NCBI GenBank assembly: GCA_963779055.1
Contig: CAVZWN010000004.1
Span: 610,233-674,232 of the forward strand
From: an uncultured Gammaproteobacteria bacterium
GTDB taxonomy: Bacteria > Pseudomonadota > Gammaproteobacteria > Burkholderiales > Sulfuricellaceae
Reading direction: 5' to 3'
Length of the DNA: 64,000 bases
Shown: in pieces, positions 19,915 to 30,759 of the stretch
Position numbering within the stretch: position 1 is the stretch's first letter
Layout: the number at the start of each line of letters is the position of its first letter
The notes under the pieces: generated by a model
The model's input: only the letters and a program-made list of their open reading frames with translations
The model's database searches: none
Told to the model about the DNA's origin: nothing
Position numbers and translations under genes: made by a program

Positions 19915-21411
19915 ATGATCACCCCCTCCCTGATCGCCAAGAACGACACCCATGAACTGTATCTGCTGCCGCAACTGGCCAACCGCCACGGGCTCATCGC
20001 TGGCGCCACCGGCACCGGGAAAACCGTTTCGCTGCAGGTGATGGCGGAAAATTTCAGCCGCATCGGCGTGCCGGTGTTCATGGCCGACGTCAAGGGCGAT
20101 CTTTCCGGCATCAGCCAGCCCGGCACGGAAAAGCCCAAAATTGTCGAGCGCATCGCCAAACTGGGGCTCAGCGACTTCACCTTTACCGGCTGCCCGGTCA
20201 CCTTCTGGGATGTATTCGGCGAACAGGGCCATCCGGTACGCGCCACCATCTCCGAAATGGGCCCGCTGCTGCTGGCCCGTATGCTCAACCTCAACGACAC
20301 CCAGTCCGGCGTGCTGACGCTGGTGTTCAAGATTGCCGACGACAACGGCCTGCTGCTGCTCGACCTCAAGGATCTGCAGGCCATGCTGCGGCATGCGGGC
20401 GACAATGCCAAACAGTTCACCACCCAGTATGGCAACATCTCTGCGGCCAGCATCGGCGCCATCCAGCGCGGCCTGATCACGCTGGAATCCGAAGGCGGCG
20501 AGCAACTGTTCGGCGAACCGGCGCTGAATATCGACGACCTGATGCAGTGCGATGCCAAAGGGCTGGGCATGATCAACATCCTCGCCGCCGACAAGCTGAT
20601 GCAATCGCCCAAGATCTACGCCACCTTCCTGCTGTGGATGCTGTCGGAACTCTACGAAAGGCTGCCGGAAGTGGGCGACGTGGAAAAACCCAAACTGGTG
20701 TTTTTTTTCGACGAAGCCCATCTGCTCTTCAACGATGCGCCCCAGGCCCTGCAGGACAAGATCGAACAGGTGGTCCGCCTGATCCGCTCCAAGGGAGTGG
20801 GCGTTTATTTCGTCAGCCAGAACCCGATCGACATTCCGGACAAGGTCCTGGGCCAGCTCGGCAACCGCGTCCAGCATGCCCTGCGCGCCTTCACACCGCG
20901 CGACCAGAAAGCAGTCCGTGCTGCGGCGGAAACCTTCCGCGCCAACCCCGGCCTGGATGTGGAAGCCGCCATCACCGAGCTGGGCGTGGGTGAAGCCCTG
21001 GTTTCCCTGCTCGATGAAAAAGGCCGTCCACACCCGGTGGAGCGCGCCCTGATCGTTCCGCCGCGCAGCCAGCTTGGCCCCGTCACCCCGGAACAGCGCC
21101 AGGCCATCATCCGGCAATCAGTGTTGTACGGCCATTACGAAGCCGAAGTGGATCGCGAGTCTGCTTACGAAAAACTGAAGGCACGGGCTGAACAAGCCGC
21201 TGCCTCCACCCCACCCGCCGAGACTGCAGGCGAAAAACCGGCCAGCGGCGGCTGGCTTGACAGTATCGGCGACATGCTGGGCGGCGGCGGCCGCCGTCAG
21301 GGTGTCGCAGAAGCCGCCATCAAAAGCGCTGCCCGCGCCGTCGGTTCGCAGCTTGGACGTGAAATCATCCGCGGCGTGCTGGGCTCCATCCTCGGAGGAA
21401 AGAAACGTTAG
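19915..21411 (+). CDS. DUF853 / HerA-like P-loop ATPase (YjgR family)
   Basis: [18 protein letters not shown] Walker A and [11 protein letters not shown] Walker B. ATG 19915 is preferred over the track start 19867. Confidence 0.85.
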   Translation: MITPSLIAKNDTHELYLLPQLANRHGLIAGATGTGKTVSLQVMAENFSRIGVPVFMADVKGDLSGISQPGTEKPKIVERIAKLGLSDFTFTGCPVTFWDVFGEQGHPVRATISEMGPLLLARMLNLNDTQSGVLTLVFKIADDNGLLLLDLKDLQAMLRHAGDNAKQFTTQYGNISAASIGAIQRGLITLESEGGEQLFGEPALNIDDLMQCDAKGLGMINILAADKLMQSPKIYATFLLWMLSELYERLPEVGDVEKPKLVFFFDEAHLLFNDAPQALQDKIEQVVRLIRSKGVGVYFVSQNPIDIPDKVLGQLGNRVQHALRAFTPRDQKAVRAAAETFRANPGLDVEAAITELGVGEALVSLLDEKGRPHPVERALIVPPRSQLGPVTPEQRQAIIRQSVLYGHYEAEVDRESAYEKLKARAEQAAASTPPAETAGEKPASGGWLDSIGDMLGGGGRRQGVAEAAIKSAARAVGSQLGREIIRGVLGSILGGKKR

Positions 21412-21488
21412 GGTCCGGCTTGCAACTACAGTAAAATCTCGCCCTTTGTCGCATTGCTGACATTTGGCAACTTATCGATAGAGTGACC

Positions 21489-21881
21489 ATGAAATTAATT
21501 ATCAGAACGTTCTTCAGAACCCTGCGTCTTGTATTGACCCCTTTCATGCTGGCGGGAGAAAAACTGAGCACCCCGAAAGGAATCGAACGTCCGCCTGAAG
21601 CGCAGCAGCAGGTGGACCGGGAGTGCGGCAAACTGGCGCTTTACCAGTTCAAGGCCTGCCCTTTCTGCATGAAGGTGCGCAAGGAAATAAGCCGTCTGTC
21701 CCTGAACATCGAACTGCGCGATGCGCAACATGATGCGCAACACCGCGAAGCCCTGTTGCAGGGTGGCGGCAAGGTTCAGACACCGTGCCTGAAAATTACC
21801 GACGATCAGGGCAACAGCCGCTGGATGTACGAGTCAGGCGATATTATCCAGTACCTGCAAGAACGTTTTTCACAGGCCTGA
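21489..21881 (+). CDS. Glutaredoxin-family protein with a hydrophobic N-terminal segment
   Basis: YQFKACPFCMKVRKEI (CPFC active site) ...GGGKVQTPCL.I. Confidence 0.75.
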   Translation: MKLIIRTFFRTLRLVLTPFMLAGEKLSTPKGIERPPEAQQQVDRECGKLALYQFKACPFCMKVRKEISRLSLNIELRDAQHDAQHREALLQGGGKVQTPCLKITDDQGNSRWMYESGDIIQYLQERFSQA

Positions 21882-21893
21882 TTTGCGGCGGAC

Positions 21894-22799
21894 CTAGAGA
21901 ACGCCCAGCCAGTCCTTACCGATGAGAAAGTCACTGTAAAGCCGGGCTTCCGCACTCCCCGCCTCGGGTTTCCAGTCATAGCGCCATTTCACGAGCGGGG
22001 GCAGGGACATCAGGATGGACTCTGTGCGGCCGCCCGACTGGAGGCCGAACAGGGTGCCACGGTCGAATACCAGATTGAATTCCACATAGCGCCCGCGCCG
22101 GTAAGCCTGAAAATCCCGCTCGCGTTCGCCATAGGGTAAGTCCTTGCGCCGCTCCAGGATGGGGATGTAGGCAGGCAGGAAATGATCGCCCACGCTTTTC
22201 ACCAGACCGAAGCTGGTGGCAAAGTCCTGCTGATTGAAATCATCGAAAAAAATTCCGCCAATGCCGCGCGGTTCCTGGCGATGTTTCAGATAGAAATATT
22301 CGTCGCACCATTTCTTGAAGCGCGGGTAATGCGCGCCTCCGAAGGGCTGCAGGGCATCGGCGCAGGTCTGGTGAAAGTGCACGGCATCCTCTGCGTAGCC
22401 GTAATAGGGCGTGAGATCCATGCCGCCGCCGAACCACCATACAGGAGCGGCGCCTTCCTTCTTGGCAACGAAGCAGCGCACATTCATGTGTACGGTCGGC
22501 GCATAGGGATTGCGCGGATGGAACACCAGCGATACCCCCATGGCCTCGAAGCTGCGCCCGGCCAGTTCGGGGCGGTGAGCGCTGGCCGAAGGTGGCAGGT
22601 CAGGGCCGAAGACATGGGAAAAATTGACCCCGCCGCGTTCCAGCACATGCCCTTCCTCGATTACGCAGCTGGTACCGCCCCCTCCTTCCGGGCGCACCCA
22701 GGAGTCGCGCTGAAATGATTTCCCGTCCACCTGTTCCAGACGTTCGACAATGCTGTTTTGCAGCCCGAGCAGATAATCCCTGACCTGTCTGGTATCCAA
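21894..22799 (-). CDS. hemF: Oxygen-dependent coproporphyrinogen-III oxidase
   Basis: 301 aa, ...[11 protein letters not shown]........[23 protein letters not shown].... [18 protein letters not shown]. Confidence 0.95.
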   Translation of the reverse strand: MDTRQVRDYLLGLQNSIVERLEQVDGKSFQRDSWVRPEGGGGTSCVIEEGHVLERGGVNFSHVFGPDLPPSASAHRPELAGRSFEAMGVSLVFHPRNPYAPTVHMNVRCFVAKKEGAAPVWWFGGGMDLTPYYGYAEDAVHFHQTCADALQPFGGAHYPRFKKWCDEYFYLKHRQEPRGIGGIFFDDFNQQDFATSFGLVKSVGDHFLPAYIPILERRKDLPYGERERDFQAYRRGRYVEFNLVFDRGTLFGLQSGGRTESILMSLPPLVKWRYDWKPEAGSAEARLYSDFLIGKDWLGVL

Positions 22800-22836
22800 A
22801 TTCAGGCCCTATCCCGCTGGCAACTCAGCGCATCAC

Positions 22837-23454
22837 TCAAGGCTGGTACCCTCGGGCCTGAGCAGCGAAGAATGCTGCGACTTCACTCAGGGCACGATGC
22901 ACTGCGTGATTGGCAGCGACCACGCCCCCGTAGGGATCATCGCTGGCCGCATTCTCGGTCACGTCGAACTCTCGTGTGGCAAGAATACGCCGCCCTGCCA
23001 CATCGATCAGCTGAGCTCGCAGAGTGAAGCGAATCCGGCTCGGTGCGACGGTAAACTCCTGCTGCAGGCGCACGATTTCGCTATCCAGCCGCAGTTGCGC
23101 CGTGACCGCCCCGTTCGCCTGCGATACCGCACCGAATGCGCCGCTCGCCTCGAACGCCTGCACCAGCAGCGGTGCGAGCATTTTCTCCGGGGTGTCGACC
23201 CACTGGTTGCGGGAGAAATATTCCAGCTCATGCGCTTTTCTGACATAAGCCATGCGCGAAGTCTCAAAGCCGGGGTGCGCCCGCGGGCGTGTCACCATCA
23301 GCACCGGGGTACCACTGGCCGGCACCGTACGACTCTGGAATTGTGCCTGCAGGGCATAAGTGCTGACCACTTCATTCCTGACTGGTTGCAACGTGCTGCA
23401 GCCTGCCGTGAGAAGCAGTCCGGTCGCCAGGATTCCTGTTTGCATCCACTTCAT
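22837..23454 (-). CDS. ABC-transport auxiliary lipoprotein (PqiC/YmbA-like, DUF330-type)
   Basis: True start MKWMQTGILATGLLLTAGCS (lipobox) at 23454. It is the last gene of the Mla-like operon. Confidence 0.75.
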   Translation of the reverse strand: MKWMQTGILATGLLLTAGCSTLQPVRNEVVSTYALQAQFQSRTVPASGTPVLMVTRPRAHPGFETSRMAYVRKAHELEYFSRNQWVDTPEKMLAPLLVQAFEASGAFGAVSQANGAVTAQLRLDSEIVRLQQEFTVAPSRIRFTLRAQLIDVAGRRILATREFDVTENAASDDPYGGVVAANHAVHRALSEVAAFFAAQARGYQP

Positions 23455-23464
23455 ATTTTTTACC

Positions 23465-24397
23465 TCATTCTCCAGGGCCAGGCGCTGCCGGCTGTTTACC
23501 CAGCAACAACATGTTGGGGCTGCGCTCAACTTCTTCGCTGACACGCTTGAGCGTTGCGCTCAGCTCCCGCATTTCAGCAGCGGTGCGTGCCAGTTCCGGC
23601 ACCATGCCATCCGTGACCTGCGTCATGCCGCTGCTGAGATCCACAGCTGTCCTGTTTACCGCCACGCTGGCGCGGGAAGCGTCATTGGCCATCTTTTCCA
23701 GTGCAGCGGCGCTTTTGCTCATGCGCTCGATCAGCTGCGGTAATTCAGCGCTGATTTTTGCGGTGTTATCCATGGTGCGCGCGGCGCCCTGCATGGCGGC
23801 ATCAATCGCATCCCTGTTAGCGGCGAGCGTGGCTGAAATCGTTGCCATGTCTGCCATCATGCCGCGAAAAGCCCGGCGGTTATCTTCATCGATGATAGCG
23901 CTGACCCCTGCTGCAATCCGGTTAAGGCTGGAAAGCAGGTCAGAGCCCGCGGTATCCAGCCGGGTCAGCAGCGATGGAATCGTCCTGATGACGGGATGCT
24001 TTTCTCCTGGTTTTGCCTTCAGGTCCGGCGCCTCGCGGCTACCGCCGCTGAGTTCGACTTGGGCGATGCCGGTCAATCCCTGGACCCGCAATACGGCTAC
24101 GGTATTTTCCTTGATCGGCGTACCCTGCTCGATATCCAGTTCCAGGCGTACGCGCTCGCCGTGATCGAGCGAAATGCGCTTGACCCGCCCGACTTCAACA
24201 CCGCGATATTTGACCGGTGCATTGAGGTTGAGACCGGCGACCGATTCTTTCATGAAGGCGAGATAGGTGTCGTAATTCTTGCGATACTGCGCACCGCCGC
24301 TCAGCCACAGGATACCGGCCACCAGCGCGCCGAACAGCAAAGTCACAAACAGCCCGACGATCGTGTAGTTTACTTTTGTTTCCACGCTTGCTCCCAT
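23465..24397 (-). CDS. MlaD/MCE-domain substrate-binding protein
   Basis: 310 aa with an N-terminal TM helix, an MCE domain (GLNLNAPVKYRGVEVGRV) and a helical C-terminal extension. Confidence 0.85.
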   Translation of the reverse strand: MGASVETKVNYTIVGLFVTLLFGALVAGILWLSGGAQYRKNYDTYLAFMKESVAGLNLNAPVKYRGVEVGRVKRISLDHGERVRLELDIEQGTPIKENTVAVLRVQGLTGIAQVELSGGSREAPDLKAKPGEKHPVIRTIPSLLTRLDTAGSDLLSSLNRIAAGVSAIIDEDNRRAFRGMMADMATISATLAANRDAIDAAMQGAARTMDNTAKISAELPQLIERMSKSAAALEKMANDASRASVAVNRTAVDLSSGMTQVTDGMVPELARTAAEMRELSATLKRVSEEVERSPNMLLLGKQPAAPGPGE

Positions 24398-25152
24398 GCC
24401 GCCCGGCCACGCACCCCGTGAAAATACTCACGAATAATGGGATGCTCCGCCTGAGACAGCTCTTCCATGGTTCCAATTCCCAACACCCGGTTTTCGCCCA
24501 ATACAGCAACCCGGTCAGCCACACGCCACAGCAAATCCAGATCATGCGTCACCATCATGATGGTCAGGCCAAGTGATTCTTTCAAGTTTTTCACCAGCTC
24601 ATCGAAACCGCTGGCACTGAGCGGATCCAGTCCTGCCGTGGGCTCATCGAGAAATACCAGCTCCGGTTCGAGCGCCAGGGCCCTGGCCAGCGCTGCACGT
24701 TTGCGCATTCCACCCGAAAGTTCGTTGGGGAACTTGGCACCCGCACTGGCCGGCAAGCCAGCAAGGGCAATCTTCAATGCAGCAAGCTCATCAATCAGGC
24801 CATTATCCAGCTCAGTATGCTCTCGCAGAGGCAGGCCAACGTTCTCCAGCACGGTCAGCGAGCTGAACAAAGCGCCACGCTCGAACATCACGCCCCATCT
24901 GCGGCGCAGAGGTAATGCCGCTTCGTCATCCAGCCCCAGCACCTCCTGCCCGAACACCCGGATTGAGCCGGAAACTGGCTTTTGCAGCAGGATAATTTCA
25001 CGCAGCAGCGTCGACTTTCCACAGCCACTCCCACCGACCAGGGCGAATATCTCACCCTGACGCACGTTCAAACTCACATCTTCGTGCACGGTCAGGGAAC
25101 CAAAGCGCGTGCAAATACGATCGACTTCGACAACATTGGCATTTTCCGGCAT
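24370..25152 (-). CDS. ABC transporter ATP-binding protein (MlaF-like)
   Basis: True start MPENANVVEV at 25152. Walker A GGSGCGKST, signature LSGGMRKR, Walker B VFLDEPT. Confidence 0.9.
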   Translation of the reverse strand: MPENANVVEVDRICTRFGSLTVHEDVSLNVRQGEIFALVGGSGCGKSTLLREIILLQKPVSGSIRVFGQEVLGLDDEAALPLRRRWGVMFERGALFSSLTVLENVGLPLREHTELDNGLIDELAALKIALAGLPASAGAKFPNELSGGMRKRAALARALALEPELVFLDEPTAGLDPLSASGFDELVKNLKESLGLTIMMVTHDLDLLWRVADRVAVLGENRVLGIGTMEELSQAEHPIIREYFHGVRGRAAWEQAWKQK

Positions 25153-26276
25153 CAGATTTTCAGCCAGCTGAAGATCACGGAAAACACCGCGTCCATGACG
25201 ATAACCAGAAATATCGCCTGGACCACACTGATGGTTGTCTGACGGCCCACACTGTCTGCGCTTCCACCCACCTGGAATCCCTGAAAGCAACCCACAACAC
25301 CCACGATGACTGCGAATACCAGCGCTTTCCCCAGGCCAACGAGATAGGAGGAAAGCCTGACCGCTTCGTCCAGTCGATCCATGAAATCGGCATAATTAAT
25401 TCCGAGCTGGGTTTTTGCCATCACCATACCGCCCACAATACCCATAATATCTGCATATACAGTCAGCAAGGGGACGGCGATGATGAGCGCCAGGATCTTG
25501 GGCAACACCAGAAAATCCATGGGCGCGATCCCGATGGTACGCATGGCATCAATTTCTTCAGTTACTTTCATTGTCCCGATCTGGGCTGTAAAAGCCGAAC
25601 CGGAGCGCCCCGCCACGATAATCGCGGTCAGCAGGGGTGACATCTCGCGCAACATGGACAGCCCCACCAGATCGGCCACGAAAATACTCGCACCATAGCG
25701 GGCCAGCTGCTCGGCCCCCTGATAGGAAACCACTACGCCCATCAGGAATGAAAGCAGGCCTACGATGGGCAGGGCCTCGAAGCCCGCGCTCTGGATGTTA
25801 TGCAGCAGTGGCCGCAGCCGCATGCGGGATGGCTGCCTGATATGCCGCAACGCGGAGAACGCAACTTCACCGACAAAAGCCAGCGTCAAGCCCGCCTGCT
25901 CCATGTGCCCGACAAAGCGGCGCCCCAGACGTTCAAATATGCCATAGCGCACGGCCTGGATCGATTCTGTGTCCCCGGCACTTGTTTCGATCATGCCCAG
26001 CAAGGCGGCGAAGCCAGGCCGCAACCCCTGCACCGTCAGGTGAATCCCGGCGCGCTCCATATCACGCCGGACCCGGTACAGCAGCCACGCCCCGGCAGTA
26101 TCCATGGCCTCAAGCTGGCTGCAGTCGAGCACAACTTCCCCGTTCTCCGGCCAGCGCCACGCATCTATCTGTTGTTGCAAATGGCTGGCGTGCGGCAACA
26201 TCCAGGAACCCCGGCAACGGATAATCCCATCCGGCTCGGCTTCTGCGATTGCGCCCTGACTGGTCATTTTTGTCAT
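25152..26276 (-). CDS. MlaE-family ABC permease with an N-terminal STAS-like domain
   Basis: ATG 26276 (MTKMTSQG...). The first ~100 aa resemble anti-sigma-antagonist/STAS (LDCSQLEAMDTAGAWLL). The rest is an MlaE permease (GSAFTAQIGTMKVTEEIDAM). Confidence 0.85.
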   Translation of the reverse strand: MTKMTSQGAIAEAEPDGIIRCRGSWMLPHASHLQQQIDAWRWPENGEVVLDCSQLEAMDTAGAWLLYRVRRDMERAGIHLTVQGLRPGFAALLGMIETSAGDTESIQAVRYGIFERLGRRFVGHMEQAGLTLAFVGEVAFSALRHIRQPSRMRLRPLLHNIQSAGFEALPIVGLLSFLMGVVVSYQGAEQLARYGASIFVADLVGLSMLREMSPLLTAIIVAGRSGSAFTAQIGTMKVTEEIDAMRTIGIAPMDFLVLPKILALIIAVPLLTVYADIMGIVGGMVMAKTQLGINYADFMDRLDEAVRLSSYLVGLGKALVFAVIVGVVGCFQGFQVGGSADSVGRQTTISVVQAIFLVIVMDAVFSVIFSWLKI

Positions 26277-26319
26277 GGCCAGATTTTGCTTAGCTGAGCG
26301 CAAAAGATCAAGGTTTTGC

Positions 26320-26895
26320 TCACTCTGGATTTTGCGTTTCGGGTGGCAGCCAGCCACTGAGAATCTTCTCAGCCCAGAACAGCCCGATCACCGTTTTGAC
26401 ATCTGTAATTTTCCCGGTTCGCACCCATTCCATGGCCTCAGGCAGGGGTAAAGTAAATACCTCAAGAAACTCGTCGCCATCGCGCCGGTGTTCCCCATCG
26501 GTCAGATTCTGGGCCAAATACAGGCTGATGCGTTCATTCGAATAGCCGATGCAGGGATGAATCGTAGCCACATATCTCCAGCTCGCAGCGCGATACCCCG
26601 TCTCCTCTAGCAACTCACGCTGGCCACACGCCAGAACCGACTCACCGGCATCCAGTTTTCCAGCCGGCAATTCATAAAGATCCCGCTGCAGCGGGTAGCG
26701 GAACTGGCGCTCCATGACCACGCTTCCGTCTGCCAGAAGAGGAATAATGACAACCGCGCCAGGATGCAGAATATATTCGCGCCGGGCGGTCCGCCCATCC
26801 GGCAGTTGCACAAGGTCTTCTTTGACATGCAGCAAACCACCCTGATAGACGGTCAGGGTAGACAACTGTTTTTCCGTCAGATCCGGAGGTGACAT
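26320..26895 (-). CDS. NUDIX hydrolase (ADP-ribose pyrophosphatase-like)
   Basis: Nudix box GKLDAGESVLACGQRELLEETGY. ATG 26895 is preferred. Confidence 0.85.
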   Translation of the reverse strand: MSPPDLTEKQLSTLTVYQGGLLHVKEDLVQLPDGRTARREYILHPGAVVIIPLLADGSVVMERQFRYPLQRDLYELPAGKLDAGESVLACGQRELLEETGYRAASWRYVATIHPCIGYSNERISLYLAQNLTDGEHRRDGDEFLEVFTLPLPEAMEWVRTGKITDVKTVIGLFWAEKILSGWLPPETQNPE

Positions 26896-27029
26896 GATAA
26901 CTCCAAGGGCATTTGACAATACCATAGTGTTTTAGTATGGTAATTGCATGGGCATTACTTATGTGCCTTTTAATTTTCAGCCATGCATTGGCATGTGTCT
27001 ATATTCTTAATCCCATAAGGAGTAAATCT

Positions 27030-27485
27030 ATGTCCGGCCTGATTCAAGGATTCCCATCTGATGGCGTTGTTACCGTTAACCGCGTCATCCTCAAGCCCGA
27101 ATACACAGTTGAAGATCTCGAGGAGCGGGTTGCCACGCTGTGTGAAAATGTAAAAACATACCATTCAGAAACGGGTTTCGTCGGTGGGTTCGTCATGCTT
27201 AACAGCGGAGCTGTATCCAACGAAGGCAGTTCTATCGGCCAGCCAGTCGAAAGCCCGCTGAAAGACAAGGAAGCGCAGATTATAACGTTCTGGAAGAGCT
27301 TCGACGAACACGAGCAATCCCACCGTTCGGAGACATTTCAGCCACTGTTCCGCCATGTTCTGGAATTATGTGAAAACGGGAACGAGGAAATTGCCTATCG
27401 CATGCTGTGGTCAGGCAAAGCCTATTCTTCTGAACAGGCCGCGGAAGCTCGCGCAGCAAAGGAACGCTACCAGAAAGCCGCGTAA
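27030..27485 (+). CDS. Hypothetical protein (151 aa), possibly ABM/Dabb-fold
   Basis: ATG 27030 is preceded by AAGGAG. I recognise no motif and call it only from ORF length and the RBS. Confidence 0.5.
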   Translation: MSGLIQGFPSDGVVTVNRVILKPEYTVEDLEERVATLCENVKTYHSETGFVGGFVMLNSGAVSNEGSSIGQPVESPLKDKEAQIITFWKSFDEHEQSHRSETFQPLFRHVLELCENGNEEIAYRMLWSGKAYSSEQAAEARAAKERYQKAA

Positions 27486-27493
27486 TTCAAGGC

Positions 27494-27781
27494 TTACGCC
27501 TGCCGCTTCCGCCACAGGTAGCGGTAGGTGAAACCGGGAAATGCAAAAACCAGAAACAGACACACAGTGACCGCATAGAATTCCCAATTCTGGGAATGGG
27601 GTAGCGCGATCTGGTGCTCCAGCAGCATACTGGCCCCGCCCACAACGAAGTACAGCACCAGAAGTTCAAGAAGCCGCATGCTCAGGCCCTTTTCGCCTTT
27701 TAGCGGAATGACCCCCAGCAGGCGATCAGCAACAAATGGCAGATTGGCTGACACCAGTGCGAGTATCAGCAGCATCGCCAT
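27494..27781 (-). CDS. Small membrane protein of the type found downstream of nuoN in betaproteobacteria (DUF2818-like)
   Basis: Three hydrophobic helices. Its position immediately after nuoN fits. The family name is from memory. Confidence 0.55.
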   Translation of the reverse strand: MAMLLILALVSANLPFVADRLLGVIPLKGEKGLSMRLLELLVLYFVVGGASMLLEHQIALPHSQNWEFYAVTVCLFLVFAFPGFTYRYLWRKRQA

Positions 27782-27789
27782 GCCGGTTA

Positions 27790-29238
27790 TCACAACAGGG
27801 AACGCTGAATCGCATAAGCACATAGCGCCATCAAGGGCTGTGGCAAGATGCCCAGAGCCAGCACCGCGAGGCCGTTGGTACTCATCAGTACGGCGATATC
27901 TCCTTCTGGACGAATCGGCGTTTCATCCTGTGGCTTGTCGAAGTACATTAGCTTGATAATCCGCAGATAGTAGAACGCGCCAATGACGGAGAACAGCACG
28001 GCAGACACGACCAGCCATATGAAACCAGCCTGCAGTGCAGCCTGGAGTACTGACAGCTTGGCGTAGAACCCGACTGTCGGGGGAATCCCCGCCATGGAAA
28101 ACATGAGAAGCAACATCATGAAGGCATACCATGGGCTGCGCTGGTTGAGTCCCTTGAAATCGTCAAGATTCTCGGCCTCGAATCCCTTGCGGGACAGCAG
28201 CATCACCATGCCGAAGCCGCCCAGGCTCATCAGCACATATACCAGAACATAAAACATTGATGAGCTATAGCCATTCAGCGTGCCGGAGAGAAAGCCCAGC
28301 AACATGAAGCCCATGTGAGAAATGGTCGAGTAAGCCAGCATGCGCTTGATATTGGTTTGCGCGATCGCGGTAATATTGCCGATGGCCATGGAAAGGAATG
28401 CCATGATGACCAGCATGCCTTGCCAGTCCTGCACCAGTCCCTGCAGGCCCTCAACCAGCAGACGTGCAACGAAGGCAAAGGCGGCAATCTTGGGCACCGA
28501 ACCAATAAACAGGGTCACTGCGGTAGGCGCGCCCTGATACACATCGGGAATCCACATGTGGAATGGCACCACGCCCAGCTTGAACGCCAATCCCGCGACG
28601 ATGAACACCAGTCCGAAGGTCAGTATCACATGGTTGCCCGTAGTGTGCTGGATCACCGTCGCCACCTGGTTGATATTCAGGCTGCCGGTTGCGCCATACA
28701 GCATGGACATCCCGTACAAAAGCAAGCCGGAAGCCAGGGCGCCCAGCACGAAATACTTCATCGCCGCTTCGGAGGCCACCGCAGAATCACGCTGCAAGGC
28801 AACCATGGCATAGAGGCTCAGGGACAGCAGTTCCAGGCCCATGTAAAGCACCAGGAAATGATTGGCGGAGATCATGACCATCATTCCCAGCAACGCAAAC
28901 AGCACGAGCGTGAAAAATTCACCACGGAACAAGCCGCGCAGGCTGATGTAGGTACGGGAATAAACCAGCACCACGGACACGGCAAGATAGCTCATCAACT
29001 TGAGCACATCGCTCATGGCATCATCCACGAACATGTTGCTGAAGGTGTATTGCGGTGCGGCGCCATGGGTTGAAACCGTAATCCAGGCCGCCCCCAGCAG
29101 GGTGATCTGTGTCAGGGCATAGGTAATAAAACGGTTCTTGGCCGAAAGAAACAGGTCAATAATGAGAATCAACGAAACCATGACCAGAACAAAAATCTCT
29201 GGCAGTGCGGGGGTCAGGTTGGGCATGGGAAAAGTCAT
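27790..29238 (-). CDS. nuoN: NADH-quinone oxidoreductase subunit N
   Basis: 482 aa polytopic antiporter-like subunit, last gene of the nuo operon. Confidence 0.95.
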   Translation of the reverse strand: MTFPMPNLTPALPEIFVLVMVSLILIIDLFLSAKNRFITYALTQITLLGAAWITVSTHGAAPQYTFSNMFVDDAMSDVLKLMSYLAVSVVLVYSRTYISLRGLFRGEFFTLVLFALLGMMVMISANHFLVLYMGLELLSLSLYAMVALQRDSAVASEAAMKYFVLGALASGLLLYGMSMLYGATGSLNINQVATVIQHTTGNHVILTFGLVFIVAGLAFKLGVVPFHMWIPDVYQGAPTAVTLFIGSVPKIAAFAFVARLLVEGLQGLVQDWQGMLVIMAFLSMAIGNITAIAQTNIKRMLAYSTISHMGFMLLGFLSGTLNGYSSSMFYVLVYVLMSLGGFGMVMLLSRKGFEAENLDDFKGLNQRSPWYAFMMLLLMFSMAGIPPTVGFYAKLSVLQAALQAGFIWLVVSAVLFSVIGAFYYLRIIKLMYFDKPQDETPIRPEGDIAVLMSTNGLAVLALGILPQPLMALCAYAIQRSLL

Positions 29239-29249
29239 GAAACGGCCCT

Positions 29250-30734
29250 TTAAAGTTTACTTTGCGCCACGTGGGCAAGCAGATTATTGACCGAGGCGTG
29301 CATCACTTCGGTAAAGGGCAGGGGATAGAGACCCATTCCGAGTACTGCAATGGCCAGTACGCCCAGCACAAGGAATTCCCGGTTGTTGATGTCAGTCAAC
29401 TTATCAACCTTTGCATTTGCCACAGGTCCGAATACCACACGCTTGTACATCCACAATGTATAGGCAGCGCCAAAAATCAGTGTCGTTGCGGCCAGGAAGC
29501 CATACCAGAAGTTAACCTTGACCGCAGCCAGGATCACCATGAACTCGCCCACGAAACCGCTGGTACCCGGCAAGCCTGCATTCGCCATGGCAAAAAGCAT
29601 GAACAAAGCCGCAAACTTGGGCATCCTGTTCACCACGCCGCCATAATCAGCGATGTTGCGTGAATGCATGCGGTCATACATGACGCCCACGCAAAGAAAC
29701 ATCGCAGCGGATATGAAGCCATGGGAAATCATCTGCACCAGCGCGCCTTCCATACCCATATCGTTGAAAATGAAGAAGCCCAGCGTCACAAAACCCATAT
29801 GCGAAATGGAGGAGTAAGCGATCAGTTTTTTCATGTCGCTTTGCGCCAGCGCCACCAGGCCGATATAAACCACCGCTATCAGGGACAGCGTAATCATGAA
29901 CCCGGACATGGCATGGCTTGCGTCAGGCAGGATGGGCAACGAAAAACGCAGGAAACCGTAGGCGCCAAGCTTCAACATGATTGCGGCCAGCACCACAGAA
30001 CCGCCCGTCGGTGCTTCAACGTGAGCATCCGGCAGCCAGGTATGAACCGGGAACATTGGCACTTTGACCGCAAATGCGGTAAAGAAGGCGATAAACAGCA
30101 GAATCTGCACATTCAGATCAAGCGGCAGTCTGTGGAAATCAAGGATACTGAAACTGCCACCCGACCTGTGATACAAGTAAATGAAGGCAACCAGCATCAG
30201 CAACGAGCCCAGCAAGGTGTAGAGGAAGAACTTGACTGCTGCGTACACCCGGTTCGGTCCACCCCATACGCCGATGGCGATGAACATCGGGATCAGCATG
30301 GCTTCCCAGAAAACGTAGAACAATATTGCATCCAGGGCTGAGAAAACACCGATCATCAAGCCGGACATGATCAGGAAGGCCGCCATGTACTGCGACACTT
30401 TCTTTTCGATTACTTTCCAGCCGGCAATGACCACCAGCAGGGTGGTAAAGGTCGTCAGCAGGATAAACAGCACAGATATGCCATCCACACCAAGATGGTA
30501 GTGAATATTGAAGGTCTCAATCCACGGCGCCAGCTCGACAAACTGCATGTCACTGGTCAGGCGATTGAAGCCTGTAAAAAGCGGAATGCTGATCAGCACA
30601 TTGGCGGCAGCACCAATCAGGGCAATAATGCGGGCAATCGGTGCATTACGGTCACTACCTGTGGCGAGCACCAGCAGGCCTGCCACGATTGGCAACCAGA
30701 TCACCCAGCTTAACAATGTCGAACCTTCGCTCAT
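29250..30734 (-). CDS. nuoM: NADH-quinone oxidoreductase subunit M
   Basis: 494 aa antiporter-like subunit (..[22 protein letters not shown]). Confidence 0.95.
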   Translation of the reverse strand: MSEGSTLLSWVIWLPIVAGLLVLATGSDRNAPIARIIALIGAAANVLISIPLFTGFNRLTSDMQFVELAPWIETFNIHYHLGVDGISVLFILLTTFTTLLVVIAGWKVIEKKVSQYMAAFLIMSGLMIGVFSALDAILFYVFWEAMLIPMFIAIGVWGGPNRVYAAVKFFLYTLLGSLLMLVAFIYLYHRSGGSFSILDFHRLPLDLNVQILLFIAFFTAFAVKVPMFPVHTWLPDAHVEAPTGGSVVLAAIMLKLGAYGFLRFSLPILPDASHAMSGFMITLSLIAVVYIGLVALAQSDMKKLIAYSSISHMGFVTLGFFIFNDMGMEGALVQMISHGFISAAMFLCVGVMYDRMHSRNIADYGGVVNRMPKFAALFMLFAMANAGLPGTSGFVGEFMVILAAVKVNFWYGFLAATTLIFGAAYTLWMYKRVVFGPVANAKVDKLTDINNREFLVLGVLAIAVLGMGLYPLPFTEVMHASVNNLLAHVAQSKL

Positions 30735-30759
30735 AACTTCCCTAAATCACTCAGTCTCA

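Noticed and set aside
18474-19955. 493-aa plus-strand ORF.
   Set aside because: It is antisense to ruvA (5' end), ruvC and yebC, has low-complexity R/H/G/A-rich translation, and has no start context.
19912-21117. 401-aa minus-strand ORF (also 19890..20612).
   Set aside because: It is antisense to the DUF853 ATPase gene, which has clear Walker A and B motifs.
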